From the NCBI RefSeq assembly GCF_032191835.1, contig NC_083242.1:23622001-23686000 (forward strand): a DNA stretch of 64,000 nucleotides, written 5' to 3'. This stretch comes from Heteronotia binoei. Taxonomy: Eukaryota. Shown one piece after another: positions 25,744 through 38,963 of the stretch. The position numbers were made by a program, and so were the translations under genes. The stretch's first letter is position 1, and each line of letters starts with the position of its first letter. The notes under the pieces were generated by a model. That model did no database searches. It was not told the DNA's origin and worked only from the letters and a program-made list of their open reading frames with translations.

Positions 25744-26282
25744 GTGAGTACTCACTTTTGCTTAATTCTTTCATATTTGGACTAGAATAGACTATTTAGG
25801 ACTGCTACGACCGTGCACTTGGCACTAAAAGGGAAGTTGGCATACTGTGTGGATATAAAGTTGAGGGCATCAGTCAGAATTCTTAGAATCCTGACACTCA
25901 TGCTGGGTGTTCTATTTTTTATTTTACAAAGAAGCACATTTTCTGGTTATCTTTGCCATTAACCCATGAAACTTTTCTCAGCAATGCTAGGTTCAGTGAG
26001 AAGGAGTATAAGGTGGACTTAAAACAAGAGTTGTTCAAAGTCTGAGCTATGAATTAGTGTGAATTAGCTCAGTTTTAGATTTGCCGGCAAACTGGTATCA
26101 GAAACCAGATTTGAAGTGGGTTGCCGGGAAAAAACAGGCGCATTGAACAGATGTTTGATCGGGACTGGGGTCGTGCCCTTTTTATTCATCTTCATCAGCC
26201 AATGGTAACTGCCTCCAAAAAGGATTTGCTGCTCTACTAAATGAAACAAAAATGTTTTCCTCTGGTTTGATTGATTCTTGTG

Positions 26283-26899
26283 CAGGGGTGTCAAACTCAT
26301 TTGTTATGAGGGCTGGATCTGACATAAATGAGACCTTGTAGCACTGGGCCATGTTGGGCCAGGCCATGTTAGGCCAAGCCATGTGTGTACCTATTTGAGA
26401 TTAGGTGGTGCAGATAGAAACTTTATAAAGGACATAGACAACACAATTAACCACTTTAAATGTGCTTAAAACATTAGCACTCATTGGTCTTAAAGGTGCT
26501 TTCATTGTATTTCTCCCATGGGATCCAGGGAACTGGGCAAAGGAGTCTCTTTTTTCCTTCCTTCCTTCCTTCCCCAGGGGACCAGGAAGGGGAGGAGCCT
26601 CAGCCAATAGAAGGAAGAGGGGCTTAGCTCATTAGCTCTGCTGTGCTATTGAGAGAGCCTGGCAAAGCAAGCTCTACCTCTCCCCCCCCAACTTCCCTAA
26701 GGGAGGAGCCTCAGCAAATGAAGAAAATAGAAGCTTTGCTCTGTAGCTCCTGTGTGATTCAGCAATCCTTGCAAAGCAAGCTGTTATGCAGAAGGAAGAA
26801 AGAGAGGAAGGAAGCAGATGACAGCCAGTTGCTTGGGGGCCTGATAGGAACCCTCCAGGGGCCTAATTCGGCCCCTGGACCACATGTTTGACACCCCTG
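26283..26899 (-). mobile_element. hAT (Charlie-like) MITE, long form, reverse orientation
   Basis: Reverse complement of 20114-20709; flanks match only 5/8. Confidence 0.9.
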
Positions 26900-28109
26900 C
26901 TCTAGAGCATATGTTATTAGAATATCTTTTTTATGAGGTTCTTAGATGGAGTTACTTCACTTTTCTTTTCTTTTGTTGGCTTATCCATGCCTGGCATAAA
27001 TTAATTTATTAGATTTATATCCTTCTCTCCCTGCCAAAGCAGGCTCAGGATGGCTTATATATCATTAAAACTATTACATAAAACCAATTAAACAGATATA
27101 AGCAATGACAAAATAAAAACATTTAAAACAATAACAAGTGCTGCGTCAACAACTTTAGAGATGGTAATATATTTAATGATGGCAGAAACATAATAACCTT
27201 TTTATTGGGTGATAGGGATCCTAAAGTTGCATTGGCAGTTATAAAAATGATTTCAGTTCTAATGTCCCTTAAGGAACAGGTTTAAACAATTCCACTGCTC
27301 AAGATCTGTATGTCAAAGAGCTTTCAAGGGATAAGCAAAAGGAATTTAAAATCATGGAATCATAGAGTTGGAAGGTGCCTCCAGGGTCATCTAGTCCAAC
27401 CCCCTGCATGATGCAGGAAACTCACAAATACCGCCCTCCCCCCCTAAATTCACAGGATCTGCCTTGCTGTCAGATGGCCATCCAGCCTCTGTTTAAAAAC
27501 CTCCTGGTGTCCTAACTGCCATACAGGTACAGTACCACACTATGATGAGGACATTTGTCTGGTCAGAGGCTGTGAGACCCTGTTATGTATTGAAGACGCC
27601 TGATGCGTAGCAGCCTCACTTGCCAAGCTGTTTGTAGAAACTGCTTCTTGCGGCCATAATATCAGCGCACATATCTGAGGCTTAGAGAGAAATTAGGGAG
27701 CAAAGGAATACTTCCAAAAGCTTTGGGTGAAGGCATAGCTTAAAGGCTTTTGCACTGGTCTCTTGATTCATCATTCCATCAAATGCAAAACTTTTGGGAA
27801 ACTCATAGATGCCAAGAGAACTTAAGGTAGTTTAGATTCAAATCCTTTCATATTTTTGATTTGTTGGTAGACCTGTTGCATCTACTGTCTCTCAGGACTA
27901 TGCGATACCGGAGTTGCAAGACTGATATATAACTAGAAGCCCCACCTCACTTTTCCCCTTTTCACCCCACACTGCCTTGGTCCCCCATAGGAATCTGCAG
28001 TCCATGAGATATATTTGTGCTACAAGTGTGTCCACCTCCTTCCACTTTGTTGTCTGCCGCTCATGAAGAACAGGAAATGTACCGTACCGTCCTAAGAAGA
28101 GTCACACCC

Positions 28110-29430
28110 TTCTGAGCTCACTGATTTCAGCAGGCTTGGAAGCTGAGCATTGCTCAGTTAATGTCCCTCATTGTATTTCACTCCATGTTGGCTGGAAGTA
28201 AGAAGAGGGGGCTCATTTAGGCAGTTGCTGTGCTGATTTTGAACTTCTGAAGAATAAAAAAAATAAAGTAATGGAGTGCCATTCAGTCACAGTGGACTTG
28301 TGGAAACCAGTTATGGGATTTTTCAGGGCAAAAGATGAACTGAGCTCATTTGCCATTGCCTGCCTCTGTGTAGCGACCCAGGTTGTCTTTGGTGGTCTCT
28401 CATCCAAATACTAACCATGGCCAGCCCTGCTTAGCTTATGAGCTCAGGCTAGTTTGGGCGGTTCAGGCGGCTTTTCTGTAGAACAGGTGGCCTCAGCTCA
28501 GTTAATCTGTTTTTCAATGCATATGGCTTATTCATTACAGTTTATTAGGAATGCCAACATTGATTAGTTCATGAGGCACAAAGAGGCAGGGTTTTTTTTA
28601 CTCAAACCTGTTGAAAATGTCACTCTGGTTTTCTATAGACCACAAAAGGAGCTTCAGCCTTCAGGATCACTCGAGGCATTGAAGCCGTTGGGGGCAGCCT
28701 GAGGTTTGTATCTACTTTAAGCTCAACTGTCGTGAAATAACTGGTTTCTTTGCTAGACGTCTGTATTGCGTTTCCTTGTTGCTCAAAGCAGTTCACTGTA
28801 AAGATAGCAAGTCAAAGCTGACCAGAAACCTCGCATTAAAAACCAGTCAGGAAAGCGCCTATCTGAGCAATATAGCCTTCTGCAATTGCATAAATTAAGG
28901 TCCCTGGGGAAATGGCATCTGGGTGTTTGTGGCTTTAAATGTGCACTTAAAAATAAATAAAATGAGACACAGCCAGTTGTAGCCTATCCCATTGCATTTT
29001 AGGAAAGGTACAGCTGAGGGAGGATCTCTTGGAGTTCTGTTGTCTGAGTGTGATGCTTCAGTGAATGTGTCATGTGGCCAGAGATTCTCAAGTGCTGTGT
29101 GGACAAGTCAGACTATTGGTCTGACTGTTATACTTGAACAAGTCTGTTTATACTTGAACAAGTGAGGAACAGAAAAGAGTTGCACTGTTCTGAGCCCATT
29201 GATTTCAGCAGGCTTGGAAGCGTGAACTTTTGCTTAGCATTGCTCAGTTAATATCCCTCATTGTATTTCACTCCATGTTGGCTGGAAGTAAGAAGAGGGG
29301 GCTCTTTTAGGTAGTTGCTGCGCTGATTTTGAACTTAAGAAGAATAAAAAAAATACAATAATGGAGTGCCATTCAGTCGCAGTGGACTTGTGGAAACCCC
29401 TAATGGGATTTTTCAAGGCAAAAGATGAAC
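28110..29430 (+). repeat. Local direct duplication (28110-28340 and 29188-29430) bracketing UQCRC2 exon 4
   Basis: Roughly 90-95% identical by eye; second copy flanked by CTTGAACAAGT at 29153-29163 and 29449-29459. Confidence 0.92.
28639..28703 (+). CDS. UQCRC2: UQCRC2 exon 4 (TTKGASAFRITRGIEAVGGSLS)
   Basis: 65 nt; canonical splice sites. Confidence 0.97.
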
Positions 29431-29628
29431 AGAGGTGGACTATTTACGCTTGAACAAGTCAGACTGTTGCAAAACAGTAGTGCTCAGAAGGGCTTTCTAA
29501 TGGAGGGATTGGATTGGATTGGAATGGAATGGAAGAACCCAGGAGGCGCATTCTACAATAGAAGAGGATTATAGTCTACTGCAATGAGTATTCTAGGTTT
29601 AACTTGTAATTAGTTATGAGGTCTATAG

Positions 29629-29871
29629 CAAGGGTGGGTAAACTGTGGTTCTTTCATATATACTGTGTGGCTCTTGAAGCCCCTGCTGCCCGCCTTGGAG
29701 GAGGCATCTGTCTCTTTAAATCACTTCTCCAAGCCAAGCTGGCATTTAAAGTTAAAGTCCCTTTCCCCTTCCCACCTGCATACCTACATCTGATGTTCAT
29801 GTCTTGTGGCTCTCAAACTTCTGACATTTATTCCGTGGAGCTCTTACATTAAGCAAGTTTGGCGACCCCTG
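29629..29871. mobile_element. hAT MITE
   Basis: TSD GTCTATAG/GTCTATAT; related to 22960-23120 and 58970-59282. Confidence 0.8.
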
Positions 29872-31364
29872 GTCTATATTATTTTAGGCAGCTAATTATG
29901 CACGTGATGTGTATTATTTTGCATCACCGCATTGTTCATTGCATTTTTTATGCGGTAGTACATTGTCTTTATTTTGTAATCCACCTTGAGTCTTAGCAGA
30001 AAAAGCAGTTCATAAAGGAAATAAATAGACCAGCAAATGTGAAGAAGCCTCTTTTGCTGTGGCATTGACTGCCTTTAAATAAAACCAGCGGCAGGCCAAA
30101 TCCAGTGTGTAAATTATTTCAAGCGTGTGTTTGGCTCGGTTTTTTAAAAACACAGTTAATGGTATGTTTTAACTGATGGGAATCTGCAGGCAGTTATACT
30201 TGAATGAACCTGTTGCTCTCAGAGGGGGGCATCCTCTTGAATAGGCCTTTTCTCCCGTTGGGTTGGGAGACAAGCTGAATTTTGGCTTTCTGTGCCCACC
30301 AGGGGAGGCCCCTCCTGCTGCAGTTTTTTCTCCCCCCCCCCCCCCTAATTATGTAGAAATGTGTGCATTTCAGTTTGAGGTATCTGTTTCCCAGCAGGCA
30401 CCATCTGACAAGAGCACTTCCCTGCTGTGCGAGGGTGGAAATGGAATTCCACTCCATGGATGGTTCCTGCAATCCATAGCTTTTATCATTCTTTCAGGAA
30501 ACATGAAATATTTTATAGAAATGCATTTACCCTGTTAAAGCGGGGCACTTTTTCAAGTCAGTCCAGCGTTATTTATTTATTTGTGTTGTATATTTGTCCA
30601 GCTTTCTTACTGGGATTCGAGACAGAGCTGCTTTTACAGTCTTTGGGTCTGCATGTTTTAATTTAGCCTGTTCGCTTTTAGCTAAAGAGAAACGTTCCAG
30701 GGAAGAATATCAGACATTGTGCACATGATGCTCATTTTAATTTTAAATAAACACAGCAAGGTGCGTTTATGAGCTTTTAAAAATCCCATTGTGCCTGATG
30801 TGTAAATTCACGCGTGTTATGTCCTTATTCAGTAATGGTGCAACGGGGAACCGCTTTAGGCACAGGCTTGTCAGTGCTGTTACTGTTCTGCTGTGTTTGT
30901 TGATGCTGCTGTGTGATAAACAGCAAGGTTTTATTTCATTTATTCAATTTATACCCTGCCCTACCCCAAAATGGGCTCAGGGCGGCTTCCATCATAAAAC
31001 CATCAAAATTAAAACAATTGATAGTATCAACAATTAATAGCAAAAAGCCCCAAGCCTCATGTCAGGTAAAAATAAGTAACCCCATAGACTCCAGTTTCAT
31101 AAGAAGACTTGGACTCTTCTGATTCTGTTGTGGTCTTAGGAGGGTGTAGCTCTCCTTAGGATTGCGCTGGAAGAGTCACTGTTGTTAGAACTGACTCGGC
31201 GTGTTGGATTTCTTAACACAAATTCACACAGGAGATTAGAAATAAACAAAAAGCATTGTTAATGGCTTTAGCACACCTGCAATGAGATTGAAACAGGAAT
31301 AGTGTGTTAAAATTGAGTCATCACATGCACCCTTCTGAAAAAGTATACTTCTGTCTTTCTTTAG

Positions 31365-31421
31365 TGTCACCTGTACCAGGGAGAACATGGTCTATTCTGT
31401 TGAATGCCTGCGTGATTATGT
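31365..31421 (+). CDS. UQCRC2: UQCRC2 exon 5 (VTCTRENMVYSVECLRDYV)
   Basis: 57 nt; canonical splice sites; frame maintained. Confidence 0.97.
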
Positions 31422-31825
31422 GTAAGTTGCTGGAATTCATTTCCAGCCCATTTTTTGTATTGATAAAAGCTGCAGAATGTCCATTACACCAGTGGCTGTT
31501 TGTTTTCTAGCTACATAGTTTGTCTTATATTCCATTCCACAAATAATTGGTCACAACTTACCTGTATGCTGATTCTTAAAAACAAACAGCATTTGTCGTT
31601 TACCTTGTCAAAAGGTTTAGGGTAAGCTCTTCTTCTTTTTTGCTTGTCTTGTCTTGTGACGTGTTCTAGACATTGGGGTTGTGTAGTAGATAACCTACGA
31701 TGGAGGCCTGTGTTTTCAGAAGCAATTTTGTTAATATTTTTAAAAATCATCCTTTAAAAAATAGAATAACTCGCTAATCTACATACACATATGAAATACA
31801 GACGTCATAAAAACATACAGATAAT

Positions 31826-32137
31826 GTAAAGGTAAAGGTAGTCTCCTGTGCAAGCACCAGTCGTTTCCAACTCTGGGGTGACATCACATCTCAGTGTTTT
31901 CATCGCAGACTTTTTATGGGGTGGTTTGCCATTGCCTTCCCCAGTCATCTACACCTTACCCCCAGCAAGCTGGGTACTCATTTGACCAACCCCAGAAGGA
32001 TGGAAGGCTGAGTCAACTTTGAGCCAACTACCTGAGCCCAGCTTCTGCCGGGATCGAACTCAGGTCGTGAGCAAAGCTTGGACTGCAATACTGCAGTTTA
32101 CCACTCTGTGCCATGGGGCTTCTTATACAGAAGTAAT
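31826..32137 (+). mobile_element. Sauria SINE, full length
   Basis: 15-bp TSD AAACATACAGATAAT. Confidence 0.92.
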
Positions 32138-32264
32138 AAACATACAGATAATAAAACATAAAATTATCAAACTGCTTTATTTGAAGAATGTTGTCACAAC
32201 ACCTTGGAAAGGTGTTATCTGGTTTATCTTAGCCTTTCCTAATTTTTTCCCTTCATTTTTTCAG

Positions 32265-32389
32265 TGATACTGTAATGGAGTATTTAATAAACGTCACTAC
32301 AGCACCAGAATTCAGGCCCTGGGAAGTGTCAGAGGTTCAGCCCCGGCTAAGTGTTGATAAGGCAATTGCCTTTCAGAACCCACAAGTTG
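32265..32389 (+). CDS. UQCRC2: UQCRC2 exon 6 ([21 protein letters not shown]...AFQNPQV)
   Basis: 125 nt; TTAPEFRxWEV motif. Confidence 0.97.
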
Positions 32390-33126
32390 GTAAGTGTCTC
32401 TAAACTATTTGATTTATGCTCATATGCATTGCAAGGACATTTTTGTGCTCCTTAATGGGTAGTTTCGTTGCTCTGTAGCTAAATATCACAGCAGGATGCT
32501 GTTTTAGAGGATTTCATGGCTTCTATAGCTAAAAATATTTGCGTTCTCTGCAAGATTTTAAGTTGCTTTTGTGCCAGTGATGGTTTATGCTGCCATGAAT
32601 GGTCTTGCAAATGGGACTTTGGGAGGCTTCATTTTCTTAGGAGCTCTGTGTCAAAAAGTTTCAAAAGCAATTTGTTATTTGGCCAGAGTATCTGCCTTTT
32701 CCGTTGAGGACAACAGTGGCAATAGCAATCAGCCAATCAGTTGTCTTCTCACTCCTCCACCCCCCCCCCCCCCATTGAGGGTCAAAATTGTACTGTGGCA
32801 CTATATAGATTTTATGTTTTATGATTTCTGTATAACATCTGTATGCTTTTATGACTTTTATGATTTAGCAGATTATTCTAATTATTTTTCATGTGAACCT
32901 GCTCTGGGGGGAGGGGGTCATGGATGATGATGAATTTGGCTATTACACCAGGAAAAAGCGTAAACTGCCCTTGTGTTCATGGAGCTTCACATAAACAGGG
33001 GCCTTCCTTTTAGAGGGTTGGTCAGAGCTCCGCTTGAACTGTGAGAGTTGTGTTTCTGCAGGCTGCAATATGAATAGGCCGTTATTCTCTTCACTTTATA
33101 GTAAAAATCCATCATTCCCTGGGCAG

Positions 33127-33224
33127 GTGTTCTCGAAAACTTGCATATGGTGGCTTATCGGAATGCCCTTGCTAATTCCTTGTACTGTCCTGACTACATG
33201 GTTGGGAAAATTACATCTGAACAG
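33127..33224 (+). CDS. UQCRC2: UQCRC2 exon 7 ([32 protein letters not shown])
   Basis: 98 nt; canonical splice sites. Confidence 0.97.
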
Positions 33225-33423
33225 GTAGGATTCTCTTGTAGAAGGGGTTAAGTCTTTTCTGCGTGTGTGTTGGATCACACTAAAGAAGCATGTGTGTGTT
33301 TATTTTTAACAGTATCTGGTGCTCTCAACACCAAAGGTCCCTGAGATGGTTGCTGGGCTTGCCGTGAAAGCACAGTCAGTCTAGAGATGAAACCGCTGGA
33401 AGCAGCACAAGTGGGGGTGGGCA

Positions 33424-33748
33424 CAGGGCTGGCTTCAGGGCCTCTGGTGCCCGAGGCAAGGCCCCGCCATCCACACCCTTCCTCCCTTGCTCCTAGTGAG
33501 GGTGAGCTCCTGCACCTCAGAGCATGCGTGCCGCCTGGCCGCCATTGCTCAGCCTCCCAGGTCTGTGCTTCCGGAAGTGATGGTAGCCGGGCTGAACGAT
33601 GGCGGTGGGGCAGTGCACCGGAGCTGCGCCACACTCTCCTATTCTCCTTGCCAAGAAAGCAAGGGTGGGGGGAGGGCCCAAGTTGGTGCCCCCCAGGGCC
33701 GTGCCCTAGGCAGCCACCTAGGGCTGCCTAATGGACAGGCTGGCTCTG
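33424..33748. mobile_element. GC-rich hAT element
   Basis: CAGGGCTGGC...GCTGGCTCTG termini; TSD GGTGGGCA/AGTGGGCA. Confidence 0.75.
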
Positions 33749-34801
33749 AGTGGGCAAGGAAATAATTGTGGTCATAAGAACAAATAAATTGCAAAACGAA
33801 CAAGAGTCCAAAAAACTAACATCAAAATAATTTGTTTTAAAGGCCATTAAGTCAAACTGTGTCAGAAGTTGGCAAAAGCCATTGAAATGCCTCAGGCAAA
33901 GGTCTGGTCTAGTGTGAGCCCTCCCCCCCCCCCACACACACACTAAGCTTGGTGCCAAGTAGAAGGCTGTAGGAAGAAGACTGAACAGGCAGGGTGCCAC
34001 TGCAGAGAAGGCCCCATCAAGTAGAGCCTCAGACACTTACTTTCTAAGCAGGCGGACAGGAGCAAGCAGTTGTAGAGGATTCCTGGTCTCCCCTCCCCCC
34101 CCCAAGCTGCCATTTAAGGCTTTTAATGTAATGACTGGTATTTTTAATTGTGCCTGAAAGCAGATTATCAGTCAGTGTAGATGCTCATATTTGTCCTTCC
34201 CAGAATAATATTTTAGGCTTGCAAAACGTTATCTTTAAAAAATGTGAAACCTGGAAGCGTTGGGGTTTTTTTTGGGGGGGGGGGGGGATTCCTTAGAAAT
34301 GGCAGATAAATTTCTTTTGAAGCAATTGCCTGTCTCTAGTGCTCTTCTCCTTCAATGTCTGATCCTTCCCGGTCCCTTAATTCTGGAGCTGCAGAGAAGG
34401 TTTATCTAGTAGTCAGTTACAGAGAAGTGCTCAGTGTGCTCTAGCGATGCATGTAGGCTGCAGTGAACTGTGAGCTTTCCAGATTGCTTTGCATTGCACA
34501 TGGACATTAATCAGGGAACTTGCAAATGCATGTCCCTCATGCAGGTTTTGTTCCAAAAGATGTTCTCAGCTGGAGACAATAATCTTCGGCCCATACCTGC
34601 TTGGATAGAAAGTACCATTTCACTTAGTGGGACTTCTGCCTCAATCCCAAGTCTGTCTGCATGGAACTAGGATACTTTTTTGTGGCATTTGCTTCTTCTC
34701 AAAGTATTTTTCAGTAATGCCAGTGGTCAGGCTGACCCATAACTGGTTTCAGTGTCTGCAGGTGCCTGCGATTTAAAGTGTCTGTCTTTGTTCTTTTCCA
34801 G

Positions 34802-34859
34802 CTGCATAACTTTGTACAGAACAACTTCACGAGTTCCAGGATGGCTCTGGTGGGTCTAG
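34802..34859 (+). CDS. UQCRC2: UQCRC2 exon 8 (LHNFVQNNFTSSRMALVGL)
   Basis: 58 nt; canonical splice sites. Confidence 0.97.
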
Positions 34860-35084
34860 GTATGTAGGCATGCTTTTGGTGTCTTATGGCTGTTGTTTTT
34901 TTAAACCCCCAAAGTGTTAGGTAGATCACATAGATCTATTTGCATCTTGCATCAGGGGAAGGCTCCCTCTGCCAGATGAGTTGCTTCTGTTCGTGGGATG
35001 GATTCAACCCAGGAAATAGTTCCCTTCCCCCATCCTGGAATTCCAGGACATTCATTCTCATGCGAGTGTTGTTTCCAATCACAG

Positions 35085-35180
35085 GCGTCGGCCACTTAGA
35101 CCTAAAGCAAGTTGGGGAGCAGTTTCTCAACATCCGAAGTGGGACCGGCTCTGCTGGCGTGAAGGCAAGCTATCGTGGAG
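35085..35180 (+). CDS. UQCRC2: UQCRC2 exon 9 ([31 protein letters not shown])
   Basis: 96 nt inside ORF 34940-35218; canonical splice sites. Confidence 0.97.
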
Positions 35181-37346
35181 GTAAGCATGCTTTTTCATGT
35201 GGTGTTCTCTTTTGGTAGCAAATAGAATTAGTTTGCTGGGTGAGTCAGCTCTGTCCACTTATTTCTTGCTGGGAGTCTGTGAAGAAATGCTTTTTGTTTG
35301 GAGGGATTGGCTTGATTATTACTTTAATTTTGATGAAACCTCCAAATTGAGTTTTAAAGATTTTTTCCTCTCTTAACTAGCTGAAGACATGCAGGAAAGG
35401 GGAAGTTACCTAAGTTGCTTCCAAGTATCAAGCATCAAAGTTTTTGAACTGCTAATGGCTCTCCTGGCTGTAGACAATGAAATGGTCAGCTCTTCTCTTA
35501 CCTGGGAGTCTGACACCTAGGAGGGACACAGAGACTTGGAGAGTGTGTGGAACTAGATTATATCTTCCTGGAGATTTCAGGAAAAGATTCTTTGACCCAC
35601 AGAGGGTGGGGAAACAGATAAGAAAACCCCCTTGTGCCTGGAGGGAAAGGGGTCCATTTTGGCAAGTCCATCTTAACTGATTACAGCTGTAGGAAGGAGC
35701 TCTTACACCAGACCTCTGTCTTGATGGCTGCTATTGTTGCATGGAGCAGACAACAGGCTGTCTGTCTGAACAAAGACACCAAAGTAATTGAAAGCTTGTA
35801 GAACACTATAACTTCTAAGTTAAAGAGCCTACCTTAAGACAGGGTCAACTAGGACTTGTATAGAGTAAAGGAGAAGGGAATTGTCTGTTCACACCTTTCC
35901 TTCCTTCTTCCTTGTGCAGAGAGCGTGTGCATGGACTTTTAAACTTTTAATAAACTCTTCACTATTTTGAATGCTGATAGTTGTTCTCCATACTTCATAG
36001 ACCTCCACCATTCAAACACACTGCTTAAAATGGGTGCCAGAGGAAGGGGGGCCGTCAGTTGATAAATTGCTGTTTTCCCAGGCATGTGAAACTGGGGGAA
36101 ACTGTTCCTGCGCTAACCAGTTGCTGGGTAGTGGGAGGCACAGGGTGTGGGAGGCATAGGAACCAGGCAGGACCCTAGAATGGCAACAGGGAAAGGAAGC
36201 CGGGAGCACCAGCCTGCTCAATGCGGAATTCTTGAAACAGCCATTTGGTGGCAGCAATACTGAAAGAGAGAACCCATCTAAGGGTCAGGTGGGCTGGGAG
36301 GACATTGTGTTGCTAGGTGGACACTCTGGCTGTGGCTGGCACCTTGACACCTCAGAGGACTGGGCAGAGCAGCTCTTATGGGTCAGTGGGGCTTTTCTGT
36401 TGTGGGGTCTGTTGGCTTGTCTTGTCTATTACATGTTATCCCACCTGCCCTCCACTGAACTCAAGCCAACTTATATAGGTCTCCTTTCTTCTGTTTTATC
36501 CTGTGAGATAGGCTAGGAGGAATCGACTGGCTTAAGGTCACCCAGTATATTTAGTACCTGAGTCCAAGTGTCCCAGTCCTAGTGTGACATCCTAGCTAGG
36601 CTCACGTTGCACTTGAATATGGCAATGCCTGAGTCTAACTCATGGAGTTGTAAATTGCATCACCCCTTGCAGAAGAAGGGCTCTTTGTGTTATCAGAAAT
36701 AGCAAGTAGCTGATTTGGTCCATCTTTGCCGTCAGAAGCGATGACAGAATGCCACTGATTTAGGGCTCATGTCTGTTGGCAAATTTCTGTAACTCTGGTG
36801 ACTTCTCAGCTTACTAGCAAACGTGCTTTTTAGATTGGAGCCTAAATACTAAGAGAGCTTTTGTTGAAAACCAATGTGACTGGTCCAAGATTACCCAGGG
36901 AAGTTCTCGACTGATCAGAAATTTCTATCCAGGCCTCCTCAGTTAGTGTTGGACACTCAGACTACTACATGTGCAGTTTTTGCATGCAAGACACCAGTTC
37001 CCTAGTCCCAGTCACTGTTCCCTTCCCAGACTGCATGTATTTCCAGCACATGTGAGCAGATCTGCCTCCCTTTACATGAGAAGTCTTGAGAACTACAAGA
37101 TCTTAGAGGACTCGCTCAGCAGCTATCCTTAATGACAATCACATTTCCTGAAAAACCATTTCTTCATTGCTCCCAATCTTTGCCTGGTGATATTCAGCCA
37201 TGGGGGGACTAAGCTAAAATGCTTTCCAGAATCCTATGCATTATGTACAGGTTTAGTGTGGAAAAGGGTTCCTCCTGGCTGGAAGCTTAAAATCTACTGC
37301 CCTGTGATTGGCTAGTTTCTAAGACCTCCCTTTACCATTGGCTCAG

Positions 37347-37546
37347 GTGAAATCCGAGAGCAGAACAGTGACAGCCTTGTCCATGCTGCTATAGTAGCAG
37401 AGGGAGCGGCCATTGGAAGCACAGAAGCAAATGCCTTCAGTATCCTTCAGCACATTCTTGGAGCAGGACCTCTTGTTAAAAGAGGAAGCAGCATCACCAG
37501 TAGGCTCATCCAGGGTGCTGCAAAGGTGACAACACAACCGTTCGAT
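37347..37546 (+). CDS. UQCRC2: UQCRC2 exon 10 ([19 protein letters not shown]...[11 protein letters not shown]...TTQPFD)
   Basis: 200 nt; canonical splice sites; Gly-rich loop. Confidence 0.97.
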
Positions 37547-38089
37547 GTAAGTACTTAGATCCACTTACTTAGTCAAAGACTGGCTAGCCAGAGAGACAGA
37601 ATTTAGAAGAGATTGGATTTATACCCTGCCCTTTACAATCTGAAGGAGTCTCAGAGCTAAAGTTCATGATGAATTTCAGCCAGTTTGTGCTTCCTGAAGT
37701 GAAGTTCATGAGAGGTCAACCAGCACAAACTTTCCATGAACTTTTAAGCTGTTCATGGAGGCTTGTGCATGTTCGTGAGTGGGTACATTTTCAGACAGAC
37801 AGTCTCTACTCAATCTAAATGTTTACTGAACTTTAAAGTAACGGGGCAGAGATTTGATGTATTTGACTTTTATCCCGCCCTTCCTACAAACGGTCTCAGA
37901 GTGGGTTGCACACAAAATTAGAAGATATAAAAATAGTTTTAAAACTTTCCAGGGAAATGACCACCTGCGATTTTCCCAGAAAGCACTTTCCTGGGGGCAC
38001 CTTAGAGACCAATAAAATTTTGGGGATTTAAGTTTTTGTGAATTAATGCTCCCTTCAGCAGATAGTTTCTTATAATGGATCATTGGCCC

Positions 38090-38720
38090 TCAAACCCTTG
38101 AGACTGACCCTGAAGCTTCAGCTGGTCCAGAATGCAGCAGCACGAGTCCTGGCAGATATGTCAAGGACAGCACATATGCGTCCTGTGCTGCATTAGCCAG
38201 TTGAATACCAAGTCAAGTTCAAGGTCTTGGTATTGACCTATAAGGCCTTGAGTGGTCATGGACCAATATAATTGTGGAAGTGTCTCTTCTGTTATGTCCC
38301 TGGGAGAGTGTTCTGCTCCATAGACAAATTACTGGTGGTCCCTGGCCCTAAAGACATCCGGCTGTCCTCAACCAGGGCTAGGGCATTTTTGGTTGAACTT
38401 TCTGCCAGATACCATATGGCCCTGTGAAATCTGATGCAGTTCTGCAGGGCCTGCAAAGCAGAGATGTTCCATCAGGCTTTTGACTGAGAATGGGGATGGT
38501 TTCACATCTGGCTGGCACCCTCCTCTGCTAATTATATCAATTTTACTCTCTTCCCCTCCCCCACCTGTGAATGTAGCCTGGCAGTTTGAACTGGCACTAT
38601 TTATCACAATTCTATAAATTGATTTTTATTGGTTCTATTCTCTTGTGGTTCTGTATATGTTGTACATCGCCCGGAGCCCTGCAGTAGCAGGGATTGGGTG
38701 ATTTATAAATTCAATAAATA
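38090..38720 (+). mobile_element. L2 LINE 3' fragment
   Basis: CTTCAGCTGGTCCAGAATGCAGCAGC (LQLVQNAAA) and L2 tail. Confidence 0.8.
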
Positions 38721-38963
38721 GGAATAATAATAATAATCTTGTTGGCTTTTAAGGTGCTACTGGGCTTTAACTGTTCTACTGCACACCGACACAGCTGCCC
38801 TCTGATACTAGGTTCTGTAATAGTTATACAATAACATTTTATTTTTGTCTCAGCCAACATTATGGCCCAGTACACATTGGGCATAATTAAAACAGGAATT
38901 GAGAATAAAACTGCTTTTATACAAATCTATGGCAAGACCGCACTTGGAATATTCTAATCATCA

